From: Leucoraja ocellata
Lineage: Eukaryota
DNA: 64,000 nucleotides
Assembly (NCBI GenBank): GCA_036785375.1
Contig: JAWMAR010000016.1
Span: forward strand, 4,278,001-4,342,000
Reading direction: 5' to 3'
Shown here: positions 48,421-60,919 of the stretch, piece by piece
How the letters are laid out: each line of letters begins with the position of its first letter
Numbering within the stretch: position 1 is the first letter of the stretch
The notes under the pieces: generated by a model
Told to the model about the DNA's origin: nothing
Database searches by the model: none
The model's input: the letters and a program-made list of their open reading frames with translations, nothing else
Position numbers and translations under genes: made by a program

Positions 48421-49734
48421 ATTAACCACAGTCAACAGCAAACAGCTGGAGCAAAAGAGACTTGTGTCACACTCACTCAGAGGGGTGAACCTTCAAAGCT
48501 TCAAGGAACACACTTTAGCTCACGGAATTAAAATGTTCTGTTATTATAAAAAATCACCTGATTTGTTGCAATCGCAAATTAGTTCCGTCAGGTAGAGAGA
48601 ATTGAATTTTGAAAACAGGAAAAATGTAAAAACAGCAAGTTTGTCGGCGGCATGTTGATTGTAACACCGCATAGTGATTCCTCATTTATATGTGAGAGGA
48701 ATACCATGCTGTCTTGCAGAACAACAATGCACAATGTTGGAAGGAGATCATTCACAATGATGAGTAGATCAGAGGCCAATTATGGAAGTGTAGATATTGT
48801 GAAGAGGGGCAGGTGAGAACATTGGCAGGTGGAGGAAAACTGGGGAGAAGATTGAAGTGGACTCAAAAGAAGATTGGATGGAGAAGGATAATCAGGAAGA
48901 AGAGGAAAGCTGAAGAGCGATTCAGACTGCAATCAGTGGGACTTTTAGAGACATCCGCAATGTGCTTTCGAGAAAAATCATCCATTCTTCATTGTTGGAC
49001 TTTCAAGGGAAGAATTAATCCTTTAAGCAGTCCAGAGACAGATAAAAGCTCAGTGGTAATGCCTACGTCTGAAATCCAGGCTCTAACTGGCCATAACTCA
49101 CGAATGTGCAGTACAAGATTATGCAAGTAATATCAATCACAGTTGTAAGCCATTGTGAAGCATAGCAGCCTTCAAGTATACATTGTATTCAGCGATCTAT
49201 CTATAAAATTCTATCACGTAACAGGCAAAACTGTCGTGCTGTGCTGTAGAGTTTCCACCACTGGCTCTCGACGAAAATTACTTATGAAAATGTTTTGTGT
49301 TATTTATGCGCATTAATATTTCTTCTGTATCACAGTGAAATTGGTGTTCCGTTTGGGTCTGCTGGTAAACCGATGGGCCAGTTAATAAAATACTAAAGCA
49401 CCACGGCTGGAAAGTAAAACTTAAAACCTTTCTCTAACCTTAGATATTGTTTCATTAAGTTACTGAATAGGATGTTCTATTAATACATCTTGCACATAAA
49501 AATGGGTGAGTTTATTAATATGATTTGTGGTTCCACTGCTCTTGCAAGTTGTTATTTGGTTTATCCGTCGTCAAACTGACACCCATTCGACAAACTCATT
49601 AACTGGTGTGGTGACAGCACTGGGCTGGAGTCTTACTTGTGCAATTCATCTTATCCTGGTTACCTCGACGTCACTGACCTGCAAGTGACATCATTAATGT
49701 TCAGTTCCAGTCGCCAAAATTACACAATCTTTGG

Positions 49735-50305
49735 GGAAACAAAACTCATTGAGTATAGAAGCTGAGAGGTCATGTTGCAGTAACAGTATTTAAGGCGTTG
49801 GTGAGGCCACATTTAGAGAATTGTGTTCAATTATGAGCACCATGTTGTAGGAAAGATGTTGTCAAGCTGAAACGGGTGAAGAGAAGATTTACGAGGATGT
49901 TGCCAGGACTCGGGGGAGAGGTTGAGCAGCCTCTATTCCTTGGAGCAATGGCAGATGAGGGGTGATCTCATACAAAATTATGAGGGGAATAGATCGGGTA
50001 AACGTATAGTCTCTTGCACAGAGTAGGGGAACTGAGAAATAGAGGTCATAGGTTTAACTTGAGCAACAAAAGATTTAATCAGAACCTGAGGTATAGTTTT
50101 TCTTCACAAAGGGTGGATGGTATATAGAATGAGCTGCAGGAAGAGGTAGTATCATGACTTTTTAAAACATTTAGACAGGTACATGGATAGGATAGGTTTA
50201 GAGGAATATGGGCCAAACGGAGGCACTTGGGACTAGTGTAGATGGGACATGTTGGTCGGTGTGGGCAAGTTGAGCTGCAGAGCCTGTCTTAACACTATGA
50301 CTCTA
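49735..50305 (+). mobile_element. CR1 LINE 3' fragment
   Basis: TGGTGAGGCCACATTTAGAG..GAGGGGTGATCTCATA..CATTTAGACAGGTACATGGATAGG. Confidence 0.85.
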
Positions 50306-50319
50306 TCTAAGGAAAGAAT

Positions 50320-51370
50320 CATAGAAGCAGGCCCTTCAGCCCATCATGTCAGACCCAGTTCTCTATCAGATACACTACACTCTCTAGTTCCACCCACTAG
50401 CCCCTTCTCCTGAACCTTGCAATGCTTCCTCCCACAAAGAAATCATCCACTTCCTTCTTGAAGGACAAAATGGGATCTGCCTGCATCATATCTGTGGACT
50501 TGACTCCAGAGTCCAACCAGATCTGTATAGATAGGATTTTTTCTTATGTCACTCTTAATTTTTTTCATTTAACTTTATAAACTCCTTACCTCGACCTCCC
50601 ATCAAAGAGACAAGTCTCCCACTCCCTACTCCGTCAAGGCCATTCATCATGGTCTGTATTTTATTAAATCTCTCCTCAGTCACTCACCCCCAAATAAAAC
50701 TGTACTGACCTCAATAAACTGTCTTTGTAACTGTAGTGCTTCATCCTAGGAACCATCCTCATTGATCTTTTTGGATCTCTCAAATGCCTTCACATCTTTT
50801 TATTATGTGACCACGGTTGTACAAATGTATCCAGTTGTGGCCAGGCCAGTGTTTTGTGAAGGTTCAACATAAAGTCTCTGCTTTTCCACTCTAAACTTCT
50901 ATTGATAAATCAATAAAAAACATTGTATATGTTTTATTGCCTATTTTCTCAACCTGCCCTGCCACTTTCAATGTGTAGGAAAGAACTGCAGATGCTGGTT
51001 TAAATCAAAGGTAAACACAAAATACTGGAGTAACTCAGCTGGTCAGGCAGCATCTCTGGGGAGAAAGAATGGGTGATGTTTCGGGTCAAGACCCTTCTTC
51101 AGACTGCACCCATTCCTTCTCTCCAGAGATGCTGCCTGACCTGCTGAGCTACTCCAGCATTTTGTGTCTACCTGCCACTTTCAATGATGTGTGCACACAA
51201 ATCCTCAGGTCTTTGTGATACTGAACCGTTTTGAGAAGAGCCCCCTTTTAATTTACATTATCTCTCCTCAATTTATCTTCCAAAATGCAACACTGCACAA
51301 CATTCTGCTGTCACCTGATAAATTGTCTGCCCATTGCACTGACCTGTTGAAATCCCTGCTACAAACTATG
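50320..51370 (-). mobile_element. Old CR1 LINE fragment
   Basis: Degenerate CR1 ORF2 3' region on the minus strand; hosts the 50974-51170 insertion. Confidence 0.6.
50974..51170. mobile_element. Head-to-head Penelope-derived pair with 16-bp TSD
   Basis: CCTGCCACTTTCAATG at 50958-50973 and 51171-51186. Confidence 0.9.
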
Positions 51371-51619
51371 AAGTAAAAAATCAAAACAGAAAACGCTGAC
51401 ATTTCTCAGCACAACAGGCAGCTTCCGTGAAGAGAGATAACCCGACTTTGGAGCTTCGGAGGCTCCGGCCGCAGGCCCGGTGGACAGGAACATCAGGAGC
51501 TCGCAGGTCCCTGGTGGGAGACCGCTTTTCTGGAGCCCACGTGGTCCAGTTAATTTTAAATCTGAGATGATAAAATATTGACAGCCAAAAGAACAAATCA
51601 AAATGGGGTACAGATTACA

Positions 51620-52075
51620 CATGATTTAGACCACATTTGAGCAGTTCTGGGCCACATACCTGAGGATGTGCTGGCATTGGAGAGGGTCCAGAGGAGGTTT
51701 ACAAGAATAACCCCATATGATGAGCATTTGGAGGCACTGGGCCTGTACTCGAGGATGTTCCCACTAGTCTAGGACCAGAGGCCACAGCTCAGAATAAAAG
51801 GACATACCTTCAGAATTGAGATGAAGAGGTATTTCTTTAGGCAGAGGGTGGTGAATCTGTGGAATTTATCACCACCGACGGCTGTGGAGGCCAAGTCAAT
51901 TGATATTTTTAAGGCAGTGATTGACAGATTCTTGACTAGTTAAAGTGTCAGGGGTAATGGGGAGAAGGTAGGAGAATGGGATTGATAAGGAAAGATAGAC
52001 CAGGCATGATTGAATAGTGGAGTGGACTTGATGAGCCAAGTAGTCTGATTCTGCTCCTAGAATGTATGAACATGA
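51620..52075 (+). mobile_element. CR1 LINE 3' fragment
   Basis: GGAGAGGGTCCAGAGGAGGTTTAC..GAGGGTGGTGAATCTGTGGAATT. Confidence 0.85.
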
Positions 52076-55000
52076 AATAATGAACTCAATAAATGGAAGA
52101 ACAGGTTTGTGAACCCAAATACTGTACACCAAAACATCACGATTTAAAAACAGTTTCTATCCACATGCAATTTGAATTCTGAACACCCTATGACAACATC
52201 ACATTGCCACCTCGTGCATGTACTGTATACTGTTTGTTGTTGTGTTTTTATGTTTTTATGTTATGTTTGACGGGAATCAGCCTACTGTATAACACCCTGT
52301 ACTGAACCTGAATTCCACCAGCTTGACTGTGTGGTCATTAAATAATCTAATCTAATCTAATACGATACGATAGAACTTTATTTACCCCAGGAGGGAAATT
52401 GACCTGCCAACAGTCATAAAACACAAAATACATGAAACATGAAATTAAAGGGACGAATGGAAAGGAAAGTGGATGATACACTATAACCTCAATGAGCATT
52501 TGTGCCATATATGGCAATGTTGCATGATTTACTACATGTAGGCTGGAGAGATGACATTTTGTTAAAGCTAATGGTGGAAATACACACGTTTGGCAGAAAC
52601 CTTTGGGTTTATGGTTTGGCTTGCACATCTGCTGCAGTTGGATCTAAACCACAAGAAGGAAAACCAACTGCAGAGTTAACTTGAAACAAATTCTGACCCA
52701 TTAAAAAAATGCTTTGTATATACTGGTATGGTTTATACTGGTATGGTTATTAGTTATACTGTCAAAGTTCATATACATTCCATTTATAATTTTTGATTTT
52801 TTGGAATAGTAATGAAATATTAAAGATCAAGCTTCATAATTAAGTCAAGGAAATTTCAATATAGCCAAGAAAGAATGTTCATTATTCACCATTTGTTATA
52901 AGAAATTGATGAATTCTCGCATTGGACATGAAGTTTCAGCACAGCATATTCCAATTATTTTTTAAATCGTAATTTATAGTTTTGCTTCTTGCTAATACCA
53001 GTTGTTGGATTATATTATTGGATTTAATTTTCCTTTCGCAGTGCACTTGTTAATACTTGTAATAAAAAATAATTGTGTGCTCTTTTACGTGGTTCCTAAC
53101 AGATATAAAGTAAACTGGTTATTACATTGAAATAGTAGAAATAAAAACATATTATACAGCATTGGATGGTGTGGAATTGGTGGAAATTAATCTCTACTGT
53201 GGAAGACTGAATGTGATAACAATCTGATAATGTTTGGGTTTGTAAGTAAAACATTCCTTTATCCCCTCTATTTTCTAGAGTCTGTACAGGCTATCTGTTT
53301 CTGCCAGATTCAACCATGAGACCTGCATCCGAAAAAGCAGATTGATTTGCAATGTTTAAGACATTTGGATGGATATATGGATAGGAAGGGGTTCAGGGTG
53401 ATGGGTCAAATGCAGGCAAATGGGACTCGCCTGGTATGCCAACTTGGTTGGCATAGACAAAGTGGGTTGAAGGGCTTGTTTCCATGCTATATAGATATCA
53501 CATTCTATGAATTGAAATATCCCGACTTTATTGCAATTATGCAAGAAAATGAGGGATTCTAAATAAAGGTGGCCATTTCTTACAAGACCCACAACATCTG
53601 AATTTATTGATTTAAATTATTAAAATCAAATACATTATTTGGTGACATTGGAGGTGATGAGCAAGGGCCGGTGAGCTGATGAACCGTGGTAATGCCTCCA
53701 GTGCTTTCATGGTCGGCTGCAGGAGGCAACCTCGGGACACAAAGATGGCCGGTCAAGGGAACTGCTCTGGTCCATCAAGTGCATGGGCCAACCGGATTCT
53801 GAACTATGGAACTGGTGCCAAAATATGACAGTGCCTGCATGTGTAATATATGCAAAAATAATTGCACTGGGCAGTTGCATATGTGACAAATACAGTATCA
53901 TTGAACCGGGACAATTTACAATTTAAATAAGCCAATTAACCTACAAACCTGTCCATCTTTGGAGTGATCGATGATAGAATCTAAGATACTCCATTAAATT
54001 CCATCCTGACAACCTTTGACTGTTTAAAGTTGAAATGTTTGAAATGGTTGACATAATAGAAATCCCATGAAAAACTACAAATAAATAGCACAGTATATTA
54101 CTGATAATTAATAATATATAAAGAAAATAACCAACTAACTTAGCTAAATTTACATTTTAATGAAGGTTGACAAGTCCAATCCAAATTAGTAGGGTTACTT
54201 CTTGCATGGCATCCACTGGATTCAATGGCAAGTCCAATAGAGGATCCAGAGACCAGAAATGCTACATACTGTAACTCCAACATATTCCATTCTCTGTTCT
54301 GCAATACATCGTCCTGGAAGCTAACAATAAGCTGGAGAGTGAATGTTTCCTGGAGAATCTTGACCCCAAACACAGAACAACCCAGCTCATTACTCCTGTC
54401 AATAGAATGAGTAATGATGTTGGTGGATAGATTATAGAAAAACAAAAAAAAAAACAACTGAGGCCAAATATTCTAAAATTCCCACTGAGGTACCTCCTAC
54501 ATGAAATCATTTTTAAGTATGGTACCTATAATGAGCTGATAGGTCTAGAAAATTGCATTTTGCTATATGTAATGCAACTTTAATGTTCCAGCACTTTGTG
54601 TTTTGCACAAGATTCTAGCATCTGCAGTTTCCGGATGCACCAGAAACTTTGCAAACAGCAAAACATAAAGTGCTGGAAGAACTCAGCAGGTCAGGTAGCA
54701 TCTATGGAGGGAATGGACAGAGGATGCTTCAGGTAGTGACCCTTCATCAAAAAGATTCAAGCATTCTGAAGAAGGGTCCAGACCCAAAAAAACCCATATG
54801 TCTACTCCTTCCACAGAAGCTGCCTGACCCGCTGAGGTCCCCAGCACTTTATGTTTTGCTCTTTGACCACGTTTCTGGTTATCATTACTAATACTGCAAT
54901 CTACTCTCGTTTTCTGTTTATTCCTGATAATGGATTTGTGAAATATTCAGAGATGGTTTACCACATTAAAGCTGCATTAACGATAGCAAAATTCAATTTT

Positions 55001-55725
55001 CTAAACCTATTAGCTTATCATAGTACCATTGTCAAATTAATACCTTGAAAGTTATCTACAAATTGTTTTGAAATTATATCATCCACAATCAAGAAGCTTT
55101 TATTAATTAATCCATAGGGAATTAGCATAATTGACATCACGTTGCCCATCTCTAACTTTATTTAAGACATTTACTTAAACCACTAAAGGCTTCATCGTGA
55201 ACATGTTCCCACGAGGTTGGAAATTCCATGGTTCTCATCCATTAGCAATGAAAAAAACCCAGTAATATTTCCCATTTAGAAGAACTTAGGAAGATGCTGT
55301 TGGTAGCCATAGTGCATTATGATGGTTCAAATACTGTAGAAAAGCAGACTAGAGATAAATAAAATGACTGTTAAATGTGGTGGAGAGCAAGCCTTGTGCT
55401 TTAACTTTAACACTGTTGGTAACTTAAATGTCACTGTACCAATTGGTGCATGTGACAATAAATGTGAACTTGAACTTGAACCTCTTATGAACTGAATGTT
55501 GTTGGAGGTACATTCACACCGTTTGATAAAAACCTTTATTACAATCTTGGCGTTCATTGAAGATTGTCCTGTCCCAGACTTGGTCAAGCGTCAATCTATT
55601 TATGTGGCTGCTCTAATTAAATTTCAGATTTCCCTCCGTGATATTGACACCAAGCAATTCAACACCATTAATGGCAATGAGTGTCATGGAAGATGGTTAG
55701 ATTTATCTCATGTGATGGCCTTTAG

Positions 55726-56629
55726 TAGCAATGTTACAAAATTTTGAGATTTTAAAAATCAATTCTGAAATTTATCCCATCAGATAAAACATTAAAAGAA
55801 GTTTAATTTGACACCTAATTCACTTTTATATCTTCAGTATTAAAAATGTTATGGCCATTTTCATACTGAAATTAGCATCTTGTTCCCTATTGCTTTTCCA
55901 TTGACTTAACTCAAAAGCTGTGATCGAGTACAGTCAAAAGCCTATAACTTTCTTAAAAATTTAGAGAACTGAATGAAATTTTCAGTTATTATAGATTGAA
56001 GCATTCTGAAACAGATATGAAACAATCTTACTTTATGACCTGAAATTAAAGCATATAATTAGTTAGTTACCTAATTGTAGCTAATTACAAAATTCAATTA
56101 CTAGATCTAAACATCTATCCATTTGTTAAGAAAAGGTTAACATTTTTAAAGTGCCTAAGTGTCCAAATAACATTCACACAAGAATTCACAATATAACATG
56201 ATTTTTAAATTTCATTGTCATGAATTTATAGGCTAAATGGAAGGAATTTAGTGTTTAATTCCCGTAAATTAATGGCCATTTTAATCATCTTGCGAGTGGG
56301 GTTTTGTGGAACGCGATCGATTGGAACGTTGCAGGTTGCGGTGAATTTAAACCCCATATCGGCAGGAAAAAAACTGTCGGTTCATATATTTACATAATGA
56401 CATTTTCGCCGATGAAATTTGATTAAAGTAATCCTAAGAAGCAAGTTTATATGTAAAATATACGACTTACCTTATGTTTTGTCCCGTACGTGAGATCCGA
56501 CCCGTTGGCGGCATTGACGGCGTTGACGGCGTTAGAAGTCACTATTTTATTTTACTCCAGCCATTAAATTGTCCCACGGCCAGTGACAGAACTGCAGCGC
56601 CGCTGAAGGCCAGTTTTATAACATACCTA
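55726..56629 (-). mobile_element. Second hAT-like element with 7-bp TSD (sister subfamily of 12979-14013)
   Basis: TAGCAATGTTACAAAA...TTTTATAACATACCTA; TSD CCTTTAG(55719-55725)/TCTTTAG(56630-56636). Confidence 0.85.
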
Positions 56630-56924
56630 TCTTTAGCAAGCACTTGTGTTGCATGAGTATATCCTGCCATTAGTTTGTCTAGACTGGAATGTTATTCAGA
56701 TGTGAACGTGGACTGATTAATTATCTGTGGAACTTCCAGAGGACAAAAATATTTGATGTATTCCTTTAATATCAGCAAGCATCTGTTCAATATTCCTGTA
56801 GCATTGAATTGTGATGATTTCACAATTTAACAAAAATATCACCTATTTTTAAAACTTGAACCCGTCCTGACATTTCGCCTTTTATCATTTTCACCTGTCA
56901 TAATATTTTTGCAGATGTAACCTT

Positions 56925-57195
56925 TGGGAGCACGATGCAGAAGCGTGGGTGCTGTCTGTACAGAGTATGTACATTCTCCCTGTGACCACGTGGGTTTTCT
57001 TCAGGTGCTCCAGTTTCCTCCCAAACTCCAAAGAAGTACAGGTTTTGAGGTAAGACGTACAGGTTAATTGTCTTTGATGAAATTGTAAAAAATTATAAAT
57101 TGTCCCTAATGTGTAGGATAATGCTAGTGATCGGTGGTCGGTCAGTGGGCCAAAGAGCCTGTTTCCACACTATATATCTCTAAAGTCTAAAGTAA
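56925..57195 (+). mobile_element. HE1-like V-SINE (head damaged)
   Basis: V-domain and tail. Confidence 0.8.
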
Positions 57196-57585
57196 AGTTC
57201 CATACTCAACTATCAATACTCAGGGTATTGGGATAAGTAACAAAGGATTGAAGGCTGGTCTTCACACAGAACACAGAGAATTGGAATTAATGGATTACTT
57301 TCAGACTGAAAGGATGTAACCTGTGTAGAACAACAGAGATTTTCACCTTGAATTATATCTATATTACTAAAAGTCTGATCTTAACCGCTTTTGGCTTGCT
57401 GTGCTACGATTTCCGAGAGAACACAGCCACCTACGGCCGTCATTTTTGGACACCTCGCTCAGAGCCCCCCTAAGTCTTCCGGGACTGGACGATTTTTCCC
57501 ATTGATGAAAAATCAGAGAGATATTAATGTTTTTAAATAATTTGCCATTCTCTCTGCTGTCCCTGCTGGAGGGAGGGGGAGGGAC

Positions 57586-57695
57586 TATAAAACCAGGAAG
57601 TGGTGTGCCTCACTCAGTCTCTGCAAGATGGAGGAAGCCGTCACGTCTCTCTGAGGTCTGAATAACACGGAACACATGTCTACTCAACTGTAAGT
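57586..57695 (+). promoter_or_regulatory. TATA-ETS-Inr module 1 inside the TIR element
   Basis: TATAAAA 57586, CAGGAAGT, Inr TCAGTCT with A at 57616 (30 nt from TATA), CAAGATGG, donor-like GTAAGT 57690. Confidence 0.5.
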
Positions 57696-57733
57696 GCCCT
57701 TAATGTGGTTTGAAAATGAAAATATGGTTGGTT

Positions 57734-57821
57734 TGAAGTAAAAATGCACTGCTAATGATATAAAAACGCACTGCTAATGAAGTAAAAACGCGCTGCTAAT
57801 GAAGTAAAAATGCACTGCTAA
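57734..57821 (+). repeat. 22-bp tandem repeat x4
   Basis: TGAAGTAAAAATGCACTGCTAA units at 57734, 57756, 57778, 57800. Confidence 0.9.
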
Positions 57822-57911
57822 TGGTTGTTAGTGTTTAAAAAATGTTGAGAATCTCTCTCCTGTAAATCACACCATGAAGGCCATACCTTTTCCGGTGGAA
57901 GGGGGAGTGAT

Positions 57912-58020
57912 TATAAAACCCGGAAGTGTGGGTGTGGCTCAGTCTCTGTATGATGGGGGAGGGAGAGGTCACAACTCTGAGCTGTGAATCAACTGAACAC
58001 ACTGAATGTCTACTGAACTG
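57912..58020 (+). promoter_or_regulatory. TATA-ETS-Inr module 2 inside the TIR element
   Basis: TATAAAA 57912, CCGGAAGT, Inr TCAGTCT with A at 57941 (29 nt from TATA). Confidence 0.5.
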
Positions 58021-58057
58021 TGTGTGGTGTTTTGTGTGGTTTTATGATGGTTTCACC

Positions 58058-58357
58058 TTGCTTGAAATGGTATGAAACTGCATTTGAATATGGTGGCCTT
58101 GCACTCTGCATGAAATGGTACGAAACTGCATTTGAATATGGTGGCCTTGCACTCTGCATGAAATGGTACGAAACTGCATTTGAATGTGGTGTTGTTGCTC
58201 CCTGCATGAAATGGTATGAAACTGCATTTGAATTTGGTGGCCTTGCACCCTCCTTGAATGCTATGAAACTGCACTTGAATTTGATGGCCTTGCACCCTGC
58301 TTGAAATGGTAGGAAAATGGATTTGAATTTGGTGGCCTTGCACCCTGCTTGAAATGG
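58058..58357 (+). repeat. 48-bp minisatellite, ~6 copies
   Basis: TGAAATGGTATGAAACTGCATTTGAATATGGTGGCCTTGCACTCTGCA units at 58063, 58111, 58159, 58207, 58255, 58302. Confidence 0.95.
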
Positions 58358-59929
58358 AATTTCATGGAATAACCATGAGTCAACTGCCAGCCCACCAAAA
58401 TCAATGTACAGTACAACAGGAAGTGGTCAAGATCAGACTTTTAGTAATATAGATATATATTAGCAGACTAAATGTTTCACTTGAATAGTTTACAGTAACA
58501 GAGGGTTATTTTTTTAAATTATAAATGGCCTAATAATTTTTGCCTGGACTCAGGGAATGAGCTATAAGGAGAGTTTGGACTAGCTATAACTTTATTCCTT
58601 GGAGTGCAGGAGGCTGACCGGTGATCTTATAGAAGTGTATAAAATCATGAAGTAAATAGATTAATTGAAAAATCTAATGTAAAAAATATTAATGTTCAGA
58701 ATATTTTTCCCAGAATTGAGAAGTGGATGTCAAAGGTTTAAGTTGAGAGAGAGGAAAGATTTGATAGGTACCTGAAGGGCACACACACACACAGAGTTTT
58801 AAATATAGATAGATGAAAACTAGGAACTTATGTCCAGTAAGGCCAAAGATCATCAAAATATATGCAGAGCAGTGACTATAATAAAAATCTTGGGGAACTC
58901 TTGAATATTGACGTGGGTATACATCCCTCAACACTGAAAAACCACTTTGCACCATGATTGCAAATCTCATATCTTTACTAACTCCAAATCTCAAGGGTGA
59001 TCATTTTGCAAATGGGAACACTGCTGTGGCTGGAAATGGAATCTAATTAAACAGGAGCACAGTCGGGCAAATCAAACTAATCAGACCATGAATGGCAAAG
59101 ACAAACTAAATGGATGATTTGGAGGAGATGCAAATAGTTTTATTTGGAGCCTTTTAAGGTCTGTGCATATTTAATTAAAGATGGGCTAACTGGCAGCCTC
59201 TTTTGATCATTAACTCTGTTTGTTATTGACTATGATTCTCCCCAGCACCAAAACAAATCACCATGGGTTTCATTAGATTCTCTCCTGTGGCATTGTAAGG
59301 CCTCATAAACAATTCCCACTAATTAAAATCAAAATTCTCTTTAATATTAGGTGGGGCTGGACGTGCACAATAATATTCATCAATCCATCTTGAAGTTTAT
59401 TAAACTGCAAATTTCAATAAACGGCAAATGTAAAGGTAGGTTGATTTAAAACAAACTGGTTTTGCCAGCTAACATGTAGAATAAATAGTTATTGAGGAAC
59501 ACCAGGAAGTGTGTCTGTAGTTTCATGTGTCTGTAGTTTCTTTGCTTTGAAATTCAAACTTTGTTATAGACAAATCGTAGCTTAGGAAATAGGAATGATA
59601 TTATCATGTGTTCCTCTCCGCCACCTTCCCCTCCTTCCAAACGTACAGCATCTCATAACTATATAGCTCCTTTCTCTAACAAAGTGAAATGTTCCAAACC
59701 ACTTTAGGTTGATCGTGATCAAAAGTCAAATTAAGCATGAAGTCACGTGGAGATATTGGACTGATTTTAGTCAACTAAGTAGATTTAAAGTAAAGAATGG
59801 TTTAGGAAGGGAATTCTAGAGTGTAAACAAGGGGAAGGCAAGGCAGAAGCCAAGGGAGATCTACACCACAGAAGGCTGTGGAGGCCGAAGTCAATGGATA
59901 ATTTTAAGGCAGAGATTAATAAATTCTTA

Positions 59930-60024
59930 GGTACACAAAATTGCTGGAGAAACTCAGCGGGTGCAGCAGCATCTATGGAGCGAAGGAAATAGGCGACGTT
60001 TCGGGCCGAAACCCTTCTTCAGAC
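59930..60024 (-). mobile_element. Young Penelope-derived hammerhead element nested in CR1 (59860-60225)
   Basis: Near-identical to 14701-14792. Confidence 0.88.
59992..60024 (-). ncRNA. Minimal type I hammerhead ribozyme motif
   Basis: GU-CUGAAGA-A-GGGU(UUCG)GCCC-GAAA-CG-UC-GC: intact core, stem II, palindromic ACGU in place of helix III, GUC triplet. Confidence 0.75.
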
Positions 60025-60919
60025 TCCTTTCTTGATTAGTACAGGTTTTCCCCTCGATCCTTGATTAGTACAGGATTAGTACAAATTCTTGATTAGTACA
60101 GGTGTCAGAAGTTATGGGGAGAGGGCAGGAGAATGGGATTAGGAGAGATAAATCAGCCATGATTGAATGGCGGAGTAGACGATGGGCTGAATGGCCTAAT
60201 TCTACTCCTATCACATGACCTTGTGACCTTATGAGATGGAAGGGTTGGGAAAGGGGGAGGGAGAGGGGAAAGCATGGCTGGATCGAGGGGAAGGGGAAGA
60301 AGATTCGGACATAGCTGTGGAGGAGGGCGTGGTGGGGAGGGGGGGGGGGGACATGGTTGGGAAATGGAAGGGGAAAGCTTGACTGGAGCCGGGGTTGGGT
60401 GAGGGCGTAGGGGACGGGGGAGAGAGGTTGGCAATTGCTTGCAAATGCTAATGCGAGAAGAAGTCTGACTGGCACTCAAGAAACTGATGGCATTAAGACT
60501 TTATCAAGTCTTTTGCATTTGCAACTACTGACATAATAAAACAGTCTGAGTTTACAATCAGCAACATTCTTACAAAGTTGAAAAAGTGGCAAACAACTTT
60601 TGCACACCAGATGAACGAGCAAATGACCATCTCAATCAGACACTGACAATCACTGCATTTTTCTCGCAGATAATGGCATTCAGGCGCTCTGTGTTTTATT
60701 TTTGTCAGAGGTTTCAACTCCATTCAGATGTCATTGGGGTGAATTGGTAAATCGATGAAGAGACGATGGGTTTCTATTGGAATAAGGTCCACGCTTCATT
60801 GAATTGCTGCCTCATTCTCTTCCATAGTAATATATTTCTTCATGTCTAAGATTGGTTGTAAGATGTTCAAATGCCTGCAGAAAAATAGTTGTAACCATTA
60901 TTAAAATTGATATAATAGA

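Larger units (their letters stand above)
57358..58453. mobile_element. Unclassified non-autonomous TIR element with internal minisatellites and a duplicated promoter-like module
   Basis: 33-bp TIR TCTATATTACTAAAAGTCTGATCTT(A/G)ACC(G/A)CTT (31/33), flanked by TA on both sides. Confidence 0.85.

Noticed and set aside
48007-48441. 144-aa Leu/Ser/Pro/Phe ORF
   Set aside because: Translation of the polypyrimidine strand of the GA tract.
54140-54457. 105-aa minus-strand ORF in unique sequence
   Set aside because: No recognisable domain and no convincing splice signals.
58058-58357. 48-bp repeat array as a CRISPR array or repeat protein (CMKWYETAFEYGGLAL)n
   Set aside because: Units are contiguous with no unique spacers, there are no cas genes, and the context is eukaryotic. 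ORFs on both strands arise only because 48 is a multiple of 3.
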